Positions 44,595 to 45,326 of a DNA stretch of 45,326 nucleotides are shown one piece after another. The translations under genes were made by a program, and so were the position numbers. Each line of letters begins with the position of its first letter. Position 1 is the stretch's first letter. The stretch comes from a phage. Location: the sequence record PX405663.1; one strand, 5' to 3'. The notes beneath the pieces are model-generated. The model searched no databases and was not told the origin of the DNA. It was given only the letters and a program-made list of their open reading frames with translations.

Positions 44595-45326
44595 TGCTTA
44601 AGTCCTCATCAGTGGCTTCAGACCATGCAGGGCGCGGGTCGTCGATTGGGGCTAATACCGGTTTAGCCGGTGCGCGTGTGATTTTATCACACAGCTTCGC
44701 CCACACTTTTGGTTTTTCGTCCTTCAATACCTTCTCGGCATCCGTAGGGCTGAGCAATGTTTCTTTGTACATCACATCGCGCTTGATCCGGGCCTTCGTG
44801 AAGATTTCAATCACTTCGCTCTCGTCCGCCCACTTACGGATCCCTTCCTTACCGGCAACCATCTTGAGGCCCAGCGATTCGCCATCGCCCGCCATTACAG
44901 CCTTAAATACCGCGGACTCGATCGCTTTGATGTGCTGGCGCATTGCGTCCAGGCCCTCATAAGCCTTGCGCAGTTCCGCAGCGCTCATAGCTCCGGGGGC
45001 CGCTTCTTTCTTACCACGCTTCGCACGTCGTGCCGCCTTCCGGGCTTCGCGGGCCATATTGCGGTCGTGGTTGGCGCATTCTTCCTCTGTCGCAATACTC
45101 ACGTCGTCGCCCAGGTCTTCGTCGGTTGCCGTTGGCGGTGTCATCGTATCGATTGCGGCCTTAGCGCGGGCACTACACTGATCCGCAAATCGGCACCACT
45201 GGCACGCATCAACGCTGGGGCGGAAGTCGGCACGGGTAAGCCCCTTCTTGCCTCGGGAATACGCCTCCAGTGCGGCAATAGCGCGCTTGGATGCAAACTT
45301 CGCGAATATCTCCAGCGCTTCTACCG
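44587..45326 (-). CDS. C-terminal part of the junction-spanning Cas4/RecB-family exonuclease (unique part 44587..45199; 45200..45326 duplicates 1..127)
   Basis: Track ORF 44587..45144 is the downstream part of a frame that stays open upstream to the window end and is in frame with the minus-strand ORF at 818..1. Confidence 0.7.
   Translation of the reverse strand, partial: VEALEIFAKFASKRAIAALEAYSRGKKGLTRADFRPSVDACQWCRFADQCSARAKAAIDTMTPPTATDEDLGDDVSIATEEECANHDRNMAREARKAARRAKRGKKEAAPGAMSAAELRKAYEGLDAMRQHIKAIESAVFKAVMAGDGESLGLKMVAGKEGIRKWADESEVIEIFTKARIKRDVMYKETLLSPTDAEKVLKDEKPKVWAKLCDKITRAPAKPVLAPIDDPRPAWSEATDEDLSNE
45200..45326. repeat. 127-bp exact duplicate of positions 1..127 (assembly overlap of a circular or terminally redundant genome)
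   Basis: Identical sequence at both window ends; the coding frame is continuous across the join. Confidence 0.85.

Noticed and set aside
45200-45326. The 127-bp duplication as a genuine direct terminal repeat
   Set aside because: Length matches a common maximum assembler k-mer and an ORF is continuous across it; cannot be fully excluded without read data.
1-45326. Integrase, repressor/Cro switch, attP and tRNA genes
   Set aside because: No tyrosine or serine recombinase-like ORF, no CI-like repressor and no convincing tRNA cloverleaf (no GTTCGA-type T-arm in intergenic regions) were seen; the phage is provisionally treated as virulent.

Overview
The window appears to be a complete, circularly closed ~45.2 kb genome of a tailed dsDNA phage (enterobacterial-like codon usage, siphovirus-type lambda-order tail module). 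The last 127 bp (45200..45326) are identical to 1..127, which I read as an assembler overlap rather than a true terminus, because a long minus-strand ORF reads straight through the junction. Genes form two arms: a plus-strand arm (2090..34688: HTH regulator, primase-helicase, small early genes, holin/endolysin, HTH-phosphoesterase, TerS/TerL, portal, head, spanins, scaffold, capsid, lambda-order tail Z-U-V-G/GT-H-M-L-K-I-J, side tail fibre) and a minus-strand arm (45199..34715 and 1825..1: charged repeat protein, Cas4-like exonuclease, SSB-like protein, family A DNA polymerase, VRR-NUC, SNF2 helicase, methyltransferases, HAD phosphatase). There is one divergent control region (1826..2089) and one convergent bidirectional terminator (34688..34717). 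No integrase, repressor, tRNA or CRISPR array was found, so the phage looks virulent. The most striking unexplained structures are two paralogous noncoding arrays of GCGGGACA repeats ending in a conserved 51-bp hairpin (4795..4965 and 21824..22160), a recurring TATTGGTTGCA promoter-like motif, an antisense island inside the morphogenesis module encoding a truncated DnaN (beta-clamp)-like protein, and an antisense lipoprotein gene pair between the tail-tip and tail-fibre genes. All functional calls are from motif recognition and hand translation; no database search was run.
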